DNA of 64,000 nt from Nageia nagi (lineage: Eukaryota > Plantae > Pinophyta): assembly GCA_050084985.1 (NCBI GenBank), contig JBITNC010000001.1:138880001-138944000 (forward strand). Direction: 5' to 3'. This document shows positions 1-12,889 of this stretch, piece after piece. The position numbers were made by a program, and so were the translations under genes. How positions within the stretch are numbered: position 1 is the first letter of the stretch; every line of letters begins with the position of its first letter. The notes under the pieces were generated by a model, which saw only the letters and a program-made list of their open reading frames with translations, searched no databases and was not told the origin of the DNA.

Positions 1-1744
1 AAATTACAGCCCATTTGATACACCAGCTATTGTCAAAGCCAACCTATTGAAAGAAGACTCCTCTCCACATGTTGATGCCACTATGTACCAATCCTTAATA
101 GGTAGCCTTATGTGTCTCACTGCTACCAGGATAGATATCATGTTTGTTGTTAGTAGGGTAGCCCAATTCATGCACTCACAACATTAGATGCATTGGATTA
201 TAGCCATGTGAATCCTACACTATGTGAGTGGCATACATCAATATGGGCTTTGGTGTAAATCCTCAAATTAGGCAATGTTATAGGCCTATATAGATGCTAA
301 TTGGGCTACATGTCTTGATGACTAGAAGAGCACGTTAGGGTATGGATTCTTCTCTAGAGAATCCTTGGTTTCATGAAGCACCAAGAAGCAATCAAAAGTT
401 GTAGCTTCATTAGCAAAAGTTGAGTATATTATTTCCTTTACCATGTGTACATAAGCCAATTGGATTTCCCATCTTTTTGGAGATTTGGGCATAAATATTG
501 AGCTCCCCATTTCAGTGCATTGTGATAATCTTAGCATGATTGCCATGACCAAGAACCTCATGTTTCATAATAGGATAAACTATATTAATATATGCCATCA
601 CTTTATGAGAGATCTCATTGAAGATGGCTTTATCCATTTTTATCAATGTCCTACCGATGTTCAAATTGCAAACATCTTTACAAAACAATTGCCCATGGAT
701 CATTTTTGCTCCTTTAAAGCCAATTTGGAGTGCAAACCTTAGACATTTAGGGGGAGATTATTAGCAAACCTTGACTAGACAAGAGTACTAGTTGGATTTT
801 GTATATATATTACATATGACTTTTACTTTCTTTTCTTTGTATTTGTAATTTTTGGCCAACAGATACATGCTCTCATTTGTCAAAGAGATTAAGGGGACGA
901 TTAAAAAATGTTAATCTCCACATCTGAGACTTCCTTGTCATATTCAGGCTCTGTTCCATTCTGGGTGTTACTAAGATATGTTCATTTCGGTAACAGTTCT
1001 ATCCATTCCTAGGTGTTACTCCTCCGAGCTCTATTCATTCTCTGGGCAGTGTCTCCTCCACTCGTGGTCTTTTATATCTGTAACTTAATCACTACCTGAG
1101 ACATTCCATAGCTGAGACTTATTTCCTGCATGTGGGACTTATTATCTCTGGAACTTATTACTTTTCGGGTTGCAGCTATTGTTAACACCCACTATTTTGG
1201 ATGGATGATATCACTATTTTAAACCTCAAACCTCAGACGCTGGGACATCCCTTTTGCACTAGAACTTGGATTAACATTCTGGAAATGTCCTTCTAAGGGG
1301 TTTCTACACTAAAATTAAACTCTCAACCACAAACATTAATTTTTAAATATCCATATTAATGTTTTGTAAAAAATGGTTGATCTACTTTCAACCATTTAAT
1401 ATTTTGCAAATGCCATGTAGATAGAAACAACATGGGCTTCCTCTACCTTCTACAACATTCAATGTTGTGCAGAAAGAAAGAGTATGACCTTCTACAGAAT
1501 GGACAACAGAATACGTACATAGAATCATGCTGCATTTAATCTTATTTTTGACTAACTAACATGCTATTAATATTTTTTCTTAGTATAAATATTAAAAAAC
1601 TATGTGCAAAAAGATTGGTTAAAAAGGGAAAAACACACATTTATGTTTTACTGTTTAACTCCAAGAAAACCGTGTAATAGTTTTTGGTTCACCTTACCAT
1701 ATTCTAGCTATATGCATTATTATTATTTTTCTTTAAAATCATCA
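1..1744 (+). mobile_element. Degenerate Ty1/Copia LTR retrotransposon, 3' part (RT C-terminus, RNase H, PPT, 3' LTR); 5' part outside the window
   Basis: ORF 485-742 has Copia RNase H motifs (HCDNLS, FHNR..YINI.HHF.RD, Q.ANIFTK); many stops upstream. Purine tract AGAGATTAAGGGGACGA 884-900 precedes an LTR at ~902-1744 homologous to the LTRs at 6896 and 11997. It ends ...AAATCATCA, followed by CATAC (1745-1749), which matches the empty paralogous site at 6567-6571. Confidence 0.88.
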
Positions 1745-1888
1745 CATACAATATTTTGGTTGTGCGTATTTATTTGACATATTCCCAAACGCAATTGCCA
1801 GGTCGCATTCGATGCCAGTAGATAGTTGAAACAGTTCCAAATATAATTGGCATATTTTTCTTTTACAGAATGGCAAATGTAATTTACC

Positions 1889-1907
1889 ATGTCGGATTAG
1901 CCGACAT
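1889..1907. promoter_or_regulatory. Palindromic TGTCGG-N5-CCGACA element (inverted AuxRE-like / DRE-core-like)
   Basis: ATGTCGGATTAGCCGACAT. The paralogue ATGTCGGATTATCCGACAT at 6689-6707 is a perfect palindrome with 9-bp arms. CpGs are retained in a CpG-poor background; function is inferred only. Confidence 0.35.
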
Positions 1908-2194
1908 TGACTGTGCTTAGTTCTTTTAGATAATGGCAAATCCAATGACCACGTTACGTTTTCCTCTGCCACATACGAATTTCAATGATGCCTGTCTCCT
2001 TTCTCCGCCTACATTGAAGATATTCAACCCAATGTATGTGTCTTCGATAGAAATTTCTTTACCTATGTTAAATTGCAAAACGTACTGGTTTATACAGGAC
2101 GAACTTCTTGGGTAGAAAGTAATGCATTACTTCTTTACTCAGTGAATTTTAGCTCATGAACATTTATTATATTTTGAGTATGTCTTGTTTATCT

Positions 2195-2197
<3 letters not shown>

Positions 2198-2235
<38 letters not shown>
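2198..2235. repeat. (TA)n microsatellite
   Basis: Direct reading of a TA dinucleotide run. Confidence 0.95.
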
Positions 2236-2242
<7 letters not shown>

Positions 2243-3949
2243 TGTTGGCACCATCGTTTACTTGTAATACATTGTTGAAATCTAGTAAGATTAGAACTTG
2301 TTAATTTATCGTTCTTCAGCAATAGACGTCCACATAAATTTTCTAAACATATTTATTCAATTTTTAGAAAATGATTAAAACATAAAAAATATCCATTAAA
2401 GAATCCTTGATGATGATCCATAAATAATTGCTTTTATTTTCTCATGATATTCCAAATGCCAAGTATATTAGCTCCTCCATTAAGCTACAATTTCCAAAAT
2501 TGACCAACAATTCCATTTTTTTCAATAACAAACCTCATTGGCAACAAATTGTTCCTCCTCGTTCTTGATAAACACGAAAATATCAAGTAATTATTACTTC
2601 GTTGCATAATCTTCCCTTTGGGTGTTTTCTGCCGTAAATAACCGAGTTCAAAATGCAAGGTTTGAAAATTGTGCTATACAAATTTCGTGCCAATGGTATC
2701 GGACCTTTGGGCTGCACGTTTTTATATGAAACATTACCAAAATCAATTGCCATGAAACAATCCCAAGTATTTACAATGAACTTGACTAATTGTCGACCAA
2801 GAAAACGAAGGTCAAACTGACCTACGCCGGAAGAAGCAAAGAAATTTCCAGGCATTCTCCTAGAAAACGTTCCCGAAATTATTGAAAGTTGTTCGAGTAC
2901 GCGGTTGTAGGCTGAATGTAAAATTACGGCTTGTTCATATTACGTATTCACATGGGAATCAAAAGATGGCCACGTCTGTGCAAAAATCAGAATGGCAAGC
3001 AAAAATGCGGCGAACGCATTCTCCCGTTGAAACAAACAAATTAGATTCCATGTAAATGAAAGAAGGAATAGATGTATGGTTGAATGAATGCTGGTCTGCC
3101 TTGGAGTTAAATAGTTTTTGAAATGTATTGAGACAAAATAGTAGAGCAGCATTCCGAAAAAATAGAATAGTAATGAGACAAAATAATATAGTAGCATTCA
3201 AAAAACAGAATAGTAATAAGAGAAAATAATCAAGCAGCATTCCAAAAATATATATAATAGTTAAATACTATTTTTTCCCTTTAGAACTTAAAAGTAGCAA
3301 AAATTTTATGAATCTATTGTATACAGAAAATGAAATATCATTAGATCATTTTTAAGTGATATTTTTATTTCAAAAACAAGGTCTAGGTTAACAGATTGTG
3401 AGTATATTGAGAAGGACTATCAATACGGATTCGTATCAAGAAAAAAGAAAATAAATAAAAGTCATATAATTTGTAATATGGTTAATTAAAATTCAAAAAT
3501 TAATTATATATATTAAAGTGAAAGAAAAATGATTCATGTCATAAAGTTGTAATTTAAAAGTATAGTGAAAAATAATTTATGGGATAATTATTATCTATTA
3601 GTCTAAGTTATATTTAAAAGTTCATCATTAGATGGAATATGTGTTTTTCTAAATCAAAAGTTTTAACAAGAGTTTTTTACTAAACAATCATAAGGTTTTT
3701 CAAAGATGATAACAAAGATAAACTTTTAAAAGGTAAGAAAGATCCTCATGGATAAATCTATAAAAGCTCAAAGATATCCTTTAGTCAAATTAGATATATA
3801 TCTTTGGAGTATATTATTTTTTAACTGCATACAAAAATGACTGAAAACGAGCTCAAAATATGTAAGTTTCATCCCCAATAAAACTATAGACCTGTTTATC
3901 CTTCCCCAAGTTTACCCATTTATTATGAGCATTTACCCACTAAATCCAT

Positions 3950-6420
3950 TTAGAATGGAAATATTAAAGGTCCCTTGGAAGGGTGGTAGTAATATTTTAA
4001 AATGCAACACCATAATACGAAATGTGAATAGTAATTCATGTTTTTTTAGAGAAGTTAATATTTCCAAAATGTAAATGTATAGAATCTTACTACCAATAAA
4101 AAAAGTTCCATATCCCCGTGATTCTATAAGTTTAGTTTTTGAAATGTCTTTTAAAATTTACCTGCTTCATTGGTAAGAACTATTTAAGATTTTTCAATCC
4201 ATGCTTTTGAAGGTTTTTTTTAATTAATAAGGTAAACTTTCTTAATAAAAAAAAGTTTAGTTTTGTAAGATCTCCAAAACCTTACAAAGTGACAATATCC
4301 TTTTTTTAGCTACAACCTTTAAAACAATAATTTTTGAAATGCTATATTCTTCTCTATGGGTTACTGTCAACGCCAATTAATTCTTCAGTAACAATAAAAC
4401 CACATTATAACAAGAGGCCCATTAAAACATTAAACTAGATTGCCTTTAACTACTTTGTTTACAAAACAAGTGTATAAGTTTACAAAAAACCTTCGTGAAC
4501 AGTCTTCTTTAGGAAAATTAGTCATGATGTTCGTCCTAAGTTTTTCCCCAACTGAAGGACCACCATCTCAGAATTATTTAAAAATTTGAATCCCATCTGA
4601 TTGTAGTTGTTCTTGAAGTACTTATTATAAATTTTCTTTTCATCACTTCTATGAACTCGGACTTACCTGCAATAAATTCATACAAAGCGCTTGGTTGGAT
4701 TTTCTTCTTATGCAGATATTTTATTGTACAATGGTATCTCTATTGGTGGCCTAGCCAGAGCCTCAACAAGCCTCGTCCATCTTCCCTTTAGTCAAGACTC
4801 GGTAATTGACTGCAGATCTTCGTGTTGTTTCAACTATATACTCCTACTGTCTTGTTTTACTTCCGCGCACTTGTCTTTCCTCACCTTAACATCCCCTTCC
4901 TCAAATTTTATCTCTTTCCTTTCCACATTGATTTCCATGGTTTCTATATCACTGACACTACTTCTTGTTGCTCTTCCTTCGCTTGTCACTCATTGAGACT
5001 TTATCTGGTATATCTCTAGTGGTATGAAGCTATCTAGGTCAATGGTATGCATGTCTAACTCTTTCTCATAATCTATATCTCTATTTATTGGGCTTGGTAA
5101 GTTACTGTTCTCCTTCCACTGTTTGCTCTGTGCTCTAGATTTTTCAGCATTCGTAGCCTCTCTTGTATCCTTCAACCAACCTGATGTGGTCTTCAGGTCC
5201 TGGTTCCCGTTTTTAAGGTTACCAATGGTAAGAATCTTATTTTTCATTACAAGTTAGAAAAAAATTTACTATTTGGAATTAGCTTTTTCAATCAAAATTT
5301 ATTAATCAACAACAACAATTTACATTTATATTCTATAATTCTATATGTAAAATTGTCGATTTCAATTCGAAGAGTACTCCTCTTATATCTTTAAAATCCT
5401 AAGATGAGTTTTCAACATGAGTTTTAATCATTTCAATACTTCTACTTCCTAGGGAGAGAGTTCATGCAAGGGGAAATATTTCTAAAAGTTTTGATCTTCA
5501 CTTTCTTTACCATAAACTTCTACCTTGATTCTAAATAAAGTGTTTGTGATTTTTTATGTTGCAACAATGTCTATAAGAACATAAAGAATTGGATCTCTCA
5601 TCCATATATCTTTTTAGAGATTAACTTTTTGACAATTCCTCACAATCCATATTTATTCTTAAACCTATGATTAGGAGATCTTTAATATAGATAATAATTT
5701 ACCCAAAAGAAGAGCCACTCCTCAGGTATTATTGCTAAGAAACAATAATTGAAGTATTTTCGTTCTAGAATTTTTATTCATCCCAATGATTAATCCTTAA
5801 TATATTTAAATTGAAATTAAAAAAAAATCAAGATGTTATTAATAAAGTTAAATTATGAATTGCTGATAAAAGTATTATAAGATTTACAAAATTTAAGATG
5901 TATGTTATGTGCATAAAATGTATAAAAATAAGTTAATATGTGTTTAGAGTCGTAGGGTTTAAAAGGTTCTAGTAGTTTATAAAAGAAAATAAATTATATT
6001 CCATAACACATTAATTCAAACAATTGGATTAGATATATATCTTTTGTTAAGAATAAAATTCATCTACAAAACTCATAGAATTTACAACAATTTAAACTTT
6101 GAGTTTTTCCTCTGTCCTTTTTCTTTATTGTACCATAGATCCACTTAATGTCAATTTATAGTTTAAATCCTTTCAACTTAAGAATCTCTATCATCTTCCA
6201 ATTATGAAATGTATTCACTAATAATAAACGGCAAACTTACAATGAAAGAGTATGAGATTGATACAATTGTGCATAAGCAAGTTACAAAAACGAAATTTGT
6301 AATTAGTAGCATCATACATATACATTATGGATCAACATAGAAGAAAACCCATCTAAAATTACTTCAAAATTAAAATTTATACTATATTAAATCTTACGTT
6401 CATTAACAAAGCCACACGCA
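3950..6420 (-). repeat. Uncharacterised ~2.5-kb repeat X with a degenerate charged ORF on the minus strand (copy 1 of 3)
   Basis: Colinear with 44430-46960 and 40755-43830. Minus-strand ORF 4990-5247 (MKNKILTI...IDYEKE.DMHTIDL) is paralogous to 45363-45782. Family not recognised. Confidence 0.7.
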
Positions 6421-6895
6421 AAATGTTAATGAAATTTAAGAGAGTTAATAAAATTTATTTCTTTCTCTCGACTGTAGAGATCGAGTTCTAAAACGAACAC
6501 CAGCAAATTGTGCTATACTATGCGTGTCATCTCGTATAAAAAATTCATGTCTTATTCACTGCCAACCATACCACATTTTGGCTGTGCCTATTTATTTGAC
6601 ATATTCTAAAACGCAATTGCCATGTCGCATTGGATGCCAGTAGATATTTGAAACAATCCTAAATATAATCGGCATAGTTATTTTTTACATGTCGGATTAT
6701 CCGACATTCACTGTGCCTAGTTCTTTTACATAGTGGCAAATACAATGGCTACGTTGCATTTTCCTTTCCCACATACTAATTTCAACGATGTCTCACTCCT
6801 TTCTCCGCCTACACTAAAGATATTCAACCCAATGCATGTGTCATCGATACAAATTTCCTTACCTATGATAAATTGCAAAGCGTACTGGTTTATAC

Positions 6896-7759
6896 TCAAA
6901 ACGTTAATCTCCAGACTCCGGGTGCTATAGCTAATACCATTCAGGCTTTATCTCCATTATCGCATCGAACGTTATTTCATTCTCCGGGTTCTGTTATCAG
7001 AGCGTTATTTCATCTCGCACTGGGCGTTATTTCTTTCTCCCGGGCTCCCGGACTTAACGATAGCAAGACTTACCTCCCGGACTCCGGGACTTAGTGATTT
7101 GTCTTCTCCGCTCAGGTCTTCTCCGGGCTGTATTAACTCCGAATCCGGGACTTGTTGCACCCGTCATTTCCGGGCTGTGTTCATCTCCAGGAAATATTTT
7201 ACTCTCCGCTGTTTTGTGTGAGCGATCTCACCATTTTATACCCCTGACCCTAGGTTTTCTTACGCTAGAACGTCCCTCTTTCTTCAGAACCTGAATTAAC
7301 ATTTCAAAAAACATTCTTCTAAGAGATTTCTACCCCTAAATTAAATTCTCAATCGTTAACATTAGTTTCTGAACATTGGTATTTACTTTTTTGTACAAAA
7401 ATAGTTGATATACCATCTGCAACCATTTAGATGTGGTGCATACAGAAAGGGCATGGGCTTCCTCTATTCTTTATAGAAAGGATAGCAGAATACTTGCATA
7501 GAACCATGCTGCATTGAATTTTATTTTTTACCAAATATAAGGAATATCATATTGTATCTTAATATATAATATAGAATGCCTATGCATAAATAGATTGATG
7601 AAGAACAAAAGAACATAGGTTTATGTTCTGTTGTTCAACTCCAAGAGAACATTGTAAAAAATGTTTTACTTCTCTACAAATACAAAATACTTGGTCTCCA
7701 ATTTATATCACTATTTATTCCACCTGTGGTTAGCCTACTAATTTTTTGGCTATACACAT
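6896..7759 (+). repeat. 5' LTR of the Copia element
   Basis: Starts TCAAAACGTTAATCTCCA (the 3' LTR starts TGAAAATGTTAATCTCCA). It is followed directly by the PBS and lacks the last ~29 nt present in the 3' LTR. Confidence 0.88.
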
Positions 7760-7771
7760 TGGTATCAAAGC
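7760..7771 (+). promoter_or_regulatory. Primer-binding site (tRNA-iMet type)
   Basis: TGGTATCAAAGC, one mismatch from canonical TGGTATCAGAGC, immediately after the LTR. Confidence 0.88.
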
Positions 7772-7839
7772 GAGAGATTTATTCACTGTAGTTGTAGATT
7801 CTCAGTTTCACTGGAGACCATTACGAGTACTAGTGCATC

Positions 7840-10800
7840 CGAATGGAGACATTTCTTATCTCTCAAAACTTGTGTAAATTTTTTCTCAAGGTTTTACCGA
7901 TTGAGATGAAGTAACCTTTGCAACTATGACTGCAGATGATAGAAAAGAAGTGTTGAAGAACCATAGGAAGGATTCTAAGACATTGTTTGTCATCCATTCT
8001 AGGATAGATGTGTCCATCTTCCCCAAAATTGTAGTGCAAGACTTCCAACGAAGCATGGAAGATCTTGGAACCACATACAAAGGATCAGCCAAGGTCCATG
8101 TGGCAAAGCTCCAGCTATTAAGGAAGGAGTTTGAATCTCTCCATATGAGAGAGGAAGAAAATATAAGTTTTTTTTCCAAGATCTAAGATCTTGTGAATGC
8201 CCTCCATTCACATGGTGAAGAGATGGGAGGCACCAGAATTGTTGAAAAGGTGCTCAGGAACTTACCCAAAAGGTTTGATTCCATTACCATTGCCATTGAA
8301 GAAGCAAAGGACCTATACCAACTCATGCTTAAAGTGTTACAGGATATAATAACTACCTATGAATATAAAATTAGTAACAATGTTGAGTTTTTGGACCAAG
8401 ATTTCCAAGGATACTTTAAAGTGAAGGCCCAAAAGCCCTCTTCATCAACTCCTAGTTCTTCTTCTTCATCCTCTCATGAAAGAGGTGGATCATTGCATGG
8501 AAGAAGCAATAGAAGAAGCCGAGGTAGAGGCAGAAGAGGCCATGGAAGAGGTCATTCTAGGGGAAGATCACAAGATGATACCCCTAGACATTATGACTTT
8601 TATAACAATGATCATCACATAAAATCACATTGCTGGAAGAAGAATCCAAAGCTAAAAGCTTAGTATGTTGAAGATCAAGCTAAGAACAACATGTTCCTCA
8701 CCTCTAGTAGTTTCCAGGTTGAGGAAGAAGATGTATGGTACCTAGAAAGTTATTGCTCTAACCACCTAAATAGAAATAAATCTTTATTTCTTAAGATTGA
8801 CACCAATGTCATAGGCCAAGTCAGATTTGGTGACCAAAAAAATGCCAACATCCACAGTAGAGGGACTATTTCTTTTAAGTCCAAAGCTAGTAAGATATTT
8901 TAGAGGCATAACACTGTCTTTGTTCTCGACCTAAAGCATAATATGTTTAGTATTGGCCATCTTAATATAAGAGGTTATATAACCACCTATTGAAGGAAAG
9001 GGTGTACCATAGTAAAAGAGACCACTAACCGGCTTATAGCCACCATCCATATGATTGAAAATAGAATGTATATGCTCAGGATGATACTTGCAACAAGTTG
9101 TTTAAAAGCATCCATTGATTCTTCCTAGTTATGGCATAAGAGATTTGGTCATTTAAATTTCACTCATTAAATGGTCTACACAAATTGGAGAGAGGCATTC
9201 TTGCCATCTCCTATAAACCTAGTGAGGTCTATGAAAGTTGTGTTGGAAGAAACCAACATAGAGTGAAGTTTCCAAAGCACTAATTTAGTGCCATGTACCC
9301 TCTTTAGCTGGCGCATGTAGACCTATGTGAACCAATGAAGACTCCCAATGGAGGTAGTAAGTCAAGATATATGCTTATATTTACTAATGACATTTCTAGG
9401 ATGAGCTAGCTTTATTTACTGCAAAACAAGTCTGACTCCTTTAAGAGTTTTGTTAAATTTAAGTCTCTTATTGAAAAATAATTTGACTACTTAGTTAAGA
9501 AGTTTAGAACTAATTGAGGAGGATAATTCACTTCTAATGAATTTAAGAACTTTAACCATCAGCATGTCGTTATTAGGCAGTATACAACTATCTACACTCC
9601 ATAGAAGAATGGAGTGGTTGAAAGGAAAAATCAAATAGTAGTTGAGATGGCTAGATGCATGATAAAAGAAAAGGGCCTTCCCACTAGTTTTTGTGGTGAA
9701 GCAGTAGATGATGTTATTTATATTCTAAATAGGTTTTCCACTCAAGTTTTGAATGATACCACCCCTTATGAAGCTTGGTTTGGTGTACAACAAAACATTT
9801 CTCATCTCTAAATATTTTGCTTAACTTGTTTTGTGCTTGTGCCAAAAGAAAAAGGGAAGAAGCTTGATGAGAAATTCATCAAATGTATTTAAGTGGGATA
9901 CTCTAAAGTGTCCAAGGCCTATAAATGTTATGATCCACTAAGTGGCAAGATTCACTTCAACAGAGATGTGATTTTTGAAGAAGGGCACATAACTAATCAA
10001 GAAAATGGTTCTAAAGACACTATTATTGAATTTCAATTTGATGAAGATTGTGAACCTTCTCACAATTCTCTACCTAATCCTCCTTAACCTTCATCACCAT
10101 CTTCTTTAGCCATAAGCTCACCATAGAAAGCATAGCCAAACCAATCTCCTACTGCTCATACTTCATAAGCCAAATATAAATGGACATCTGATTGCTATCA
10201 TCCTCCATCATTGATGTTGGATAAAGAGCTCAACAAAATAATGACTCGATCACAAACTAGAGCTAGAAATGAAAAGGTAAACATCTCTTATGCATTAATG
10301 GCTTCATTTGTTGAGCCTTCCTCATAAATTGAAGCTATTGCTAATAAGGATTGGAAGAAAGCCATGGAGGATGAGATTGAGCAAATTTAGAAGAATGACA
10401 CCTACGAACTTGTGCCTTCTCCCAAAGATAAGAAGATAATTTGTGTTAGGTGGATTTATAAATTGAAGCATAATCTTGATGAGAGTATTGCAAAGTAGAA
10501 AGCCCATCTACTTGCTAAAGGATATGATTAGAAGGAAGGCCTAGATTATGATGAGACTTTTGCCCTAGTGGCCCAGGTAGAGACTATGAGGTCTCTGCTT
10601 GAACTTGCCTCTCATCTTGCATTAATAGTCTATCAAATGGATATCAAATCTATTTTCTTTAATGGATATTTAAAGGAGGTTATTTATGTTAAGCAACTTG
10701 AAGAATTTATTATTCCTAATGAAGCAGACAAGGTGTATAAACTTAGAAGTGCTCTCTATGTCCTTAGACAAGCAACCCAAGAGTGGTATGCCCAAATTGA

Positions 10801-11843
10801 TGGTTACCTTAGGAAAAATAGTTATCAAAGATGTTCAATGGAAAGCACATTCTATACAAAATTTAAAGGTAGCAACTTCTTTATTCTATGCTTGTATGTT
10901 GATGATATCTTTTTATATCACCTCTAATGCTATGATAAATGAATTCAATAATGCTATGATTAGTGAATTTGAGATGAGTGATCTTGGAGAGATGAATTAT
11001 TTTCTTAGCATACAAGTCAAGCAATCATCTAGTGGCATTTTGATCACTTTGTCCAAATATGTGGAAGATCTACTAGCCTAATTTAAGATGCAAAATTGCA
11101 ACACCATTAATACACCAATCGTTGTCAGAGCTAAGCTATTGAAGGAGGACTCCTTTCTCCATGTTAATGCTAGCATGTATCATTCCTTAATAGGTAGCCT
11201 TATGTATCTCACTACTACTAGGCCAAACATCATGTTTCCTTTCACCAAAGTAGTCCAATTCATGCACTCATAACATCAGATACATTGGATCACAACCAAG
11301 TGGATCCTATGCTATATGAGTGGCACACATTAATATGGGCTCTTGTATAAATCATCATACTAGGAAATGTTTCAAGCCTATATAGATTCTGATTGTGTCG
11401 AATGTCATGATGATTGAAAGAGCACATCAGGGTATGGATTCTTCTTCAGAGAATATTTGCTCTCATGGTGCAACAAAAAGTAGTCTACTATTGCATTTTC
11501 ATCAACAAAAGCTGAGTATATTACTTCCTTTGCCACTTACTCACAAGCCATTTTGCTTGCTCATATGTTTGAAGATTTTGGAATGGATACTAAGCTCCCC
11601 ATTTCAATGCAATGAGATAATCTTAGCATGATTGCCATGACCAAGAACCCCGTGTTTCATAGTAAAATAAAGCACATTGATATATGCCATCACTTTATGA
11701 GATATCTAGTTGAATATGGCTTTATTTAGTTTCATCATTATGCTACTAATGCTCAAATTCTAGATATCTTTACAAATCCATTACCCAAGGATCATTTTTG
11801 CTACATTTGGAGCCAAGTTGGAGTCCAAACCTTAGATATTCAA
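7840..11843 (+). pseudogene. Disrupted Copia gag-pol polyprotein
   Basis: Fragments: gag (KLQLLRKEFESLHM, IVEKVLRNLPKRFD), protease (WYLESYCSNH), integrase (VERKNQIVVEMARCM), RT (YQMDIKS.F.NG, LYVDDI, SDLGEMNYFL) and RNase H. Many stops and frameshifts. Confidence 0.92.
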
Positions 11844-11996
11844 GGGGTGAATGTTGATGAACCTTGACTAGCATGGGGTACTAGATGGAGGCTATATATA
11901 TTGCTTATGGCTTTCACTTTCTTTTCATTGTATTTGTGTTTTTTTTGCCAAAAAAGAAAATGTTCTTCTTTTTTTCATGGAGATTAAGGAGGTCAT

Positions 11997-12889
11997 TGAA
12001 AATGTTAATCTCCATTATCACATCAAGCATTATTTCATTCTTTGGGTTCTATTATCTAGACGTTATTGCATCACACACTATGTGTTATTTCCTTTCTTCT
12101 AGACTTCGAGACTTAACGATCGCGAGACTTACCTCCTAGACTCTGGGACTTAGTGATTTTTCTTCTCTTCACAAGTCTTCTCTGGGTTGTATTACCTCCA
12201 GATCTAGTACTTGTTGCACCCATTATTTTCAAGCTATGTTCATCTCTGGGAAATATTTTACTCTCCCTTTAGGCTCTATTATACCTAGGACTTACTATCT
12301 CTAGGACTTACTACTTCTGAACTATGGGTATTATTAACAACCCAATGTTTTTGATGAGTGACCTAACAATTTTACACACTAGACCCAGGGTCTTATTTTG
12401 CACCAATGTCCCTCTTGCTCTATAACCTAGATTTACACTTTGAAAACATCCTTCTAAGGGATTTCTACTCCGAAATTAAATGCTCAACTATCGACATTAG
12501 TTTCTGAACATCGACATTAACTTTTTTGTACAAAAATGTTTGATCTACCCTCTGCAACCATTTAATGCATTTCAAATGTCATGCATAAAGAAAAAGGCAT
12601 GGGTGTCCTCTACTCTCTATAGAGAGGACAATAAAATGCATGCGTAGAACCATGCCACATTCAATTTTATTTTTGACCAAGTTGCAAGAATATAATATTG
12701 TATCTTAGAATAGAATATAGATTGCCTATGCGTAAATAGATTGATGAAGAGGAGAAGAACATAGATTTATGTTTTGTTCATACAAAATACTTTGGTCTCC
12801 AATTTATCTCACAATTTATTCTGCCTATGGTTAACCTACTATTTTTTTGGCTATACACATTACTTGTTTATTTTTCTTTAAAATCTTCA
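11997..12889 (+). repeat. 3' LTR of the Copia element, preceded by a PPT at 11979-11996
   Basis: TGAAAAT...ATCTTCA terminal inverted repeat; GGAGATTAAGGAGG purine tract upstream; homologous to 6896-7759. Confidence 0.9.

Larger units (their letters stand above)
1745..3783 (+). repeat. Segmental duplicate copy A: LBD upstream region only, truncated ~240 bp before the ATG
   Basis: Colinear with 6567-6895 plus 12890-14820 and with 47140-49160. Homology stops after AAGATATCCT (~3780); no LBD coding sequence follows. Confidence 0.85.
6896..12889 (+). mobile_element. Full-length degenerate Ty1/Copia LTR retrotransposon with 5-bp TSD TATAC
   Basis: TATAC flanks both ends (6891-6895, 12890-12894). 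The empty site is intact in copies A (2091-2095) and C (~47325). It has two LTRs, a PBS, a PPT and gag-PR-IN-RT-RH remnants in Copia order. Confidence 0.93.

Noticed and set aside
745-775. TTAGGGGGAGA (and AAGGGGTGAATG at ~11842) as the PPT and LTR start
   Set aside because: Comparison of the 5' and 3' LTRs and the TSD place the LTR start ~150 bp further on (902 and 11997), after a second purine tract.
1933-2115. 60-aa ORF (MANPMTTLRFPLPHTNF...) open in paralogues at 6733 and 47167 as a possible small-peptide gene
   Set aside because: Copy A versus C shows ~17 non-synonymous to ~6 synonymous changes, about the neutral ratio. No recognisable motif; explained by DNA-level duplication.
2940-3240. 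Hydrophobic minus-strand ORFs repeated at 13744-14042 and 48317-48538
   Set aside because: They arise from a ~43-bp AT-rich sub-repeat in duplicated upstream DNA; frames and lengths are not conserved.
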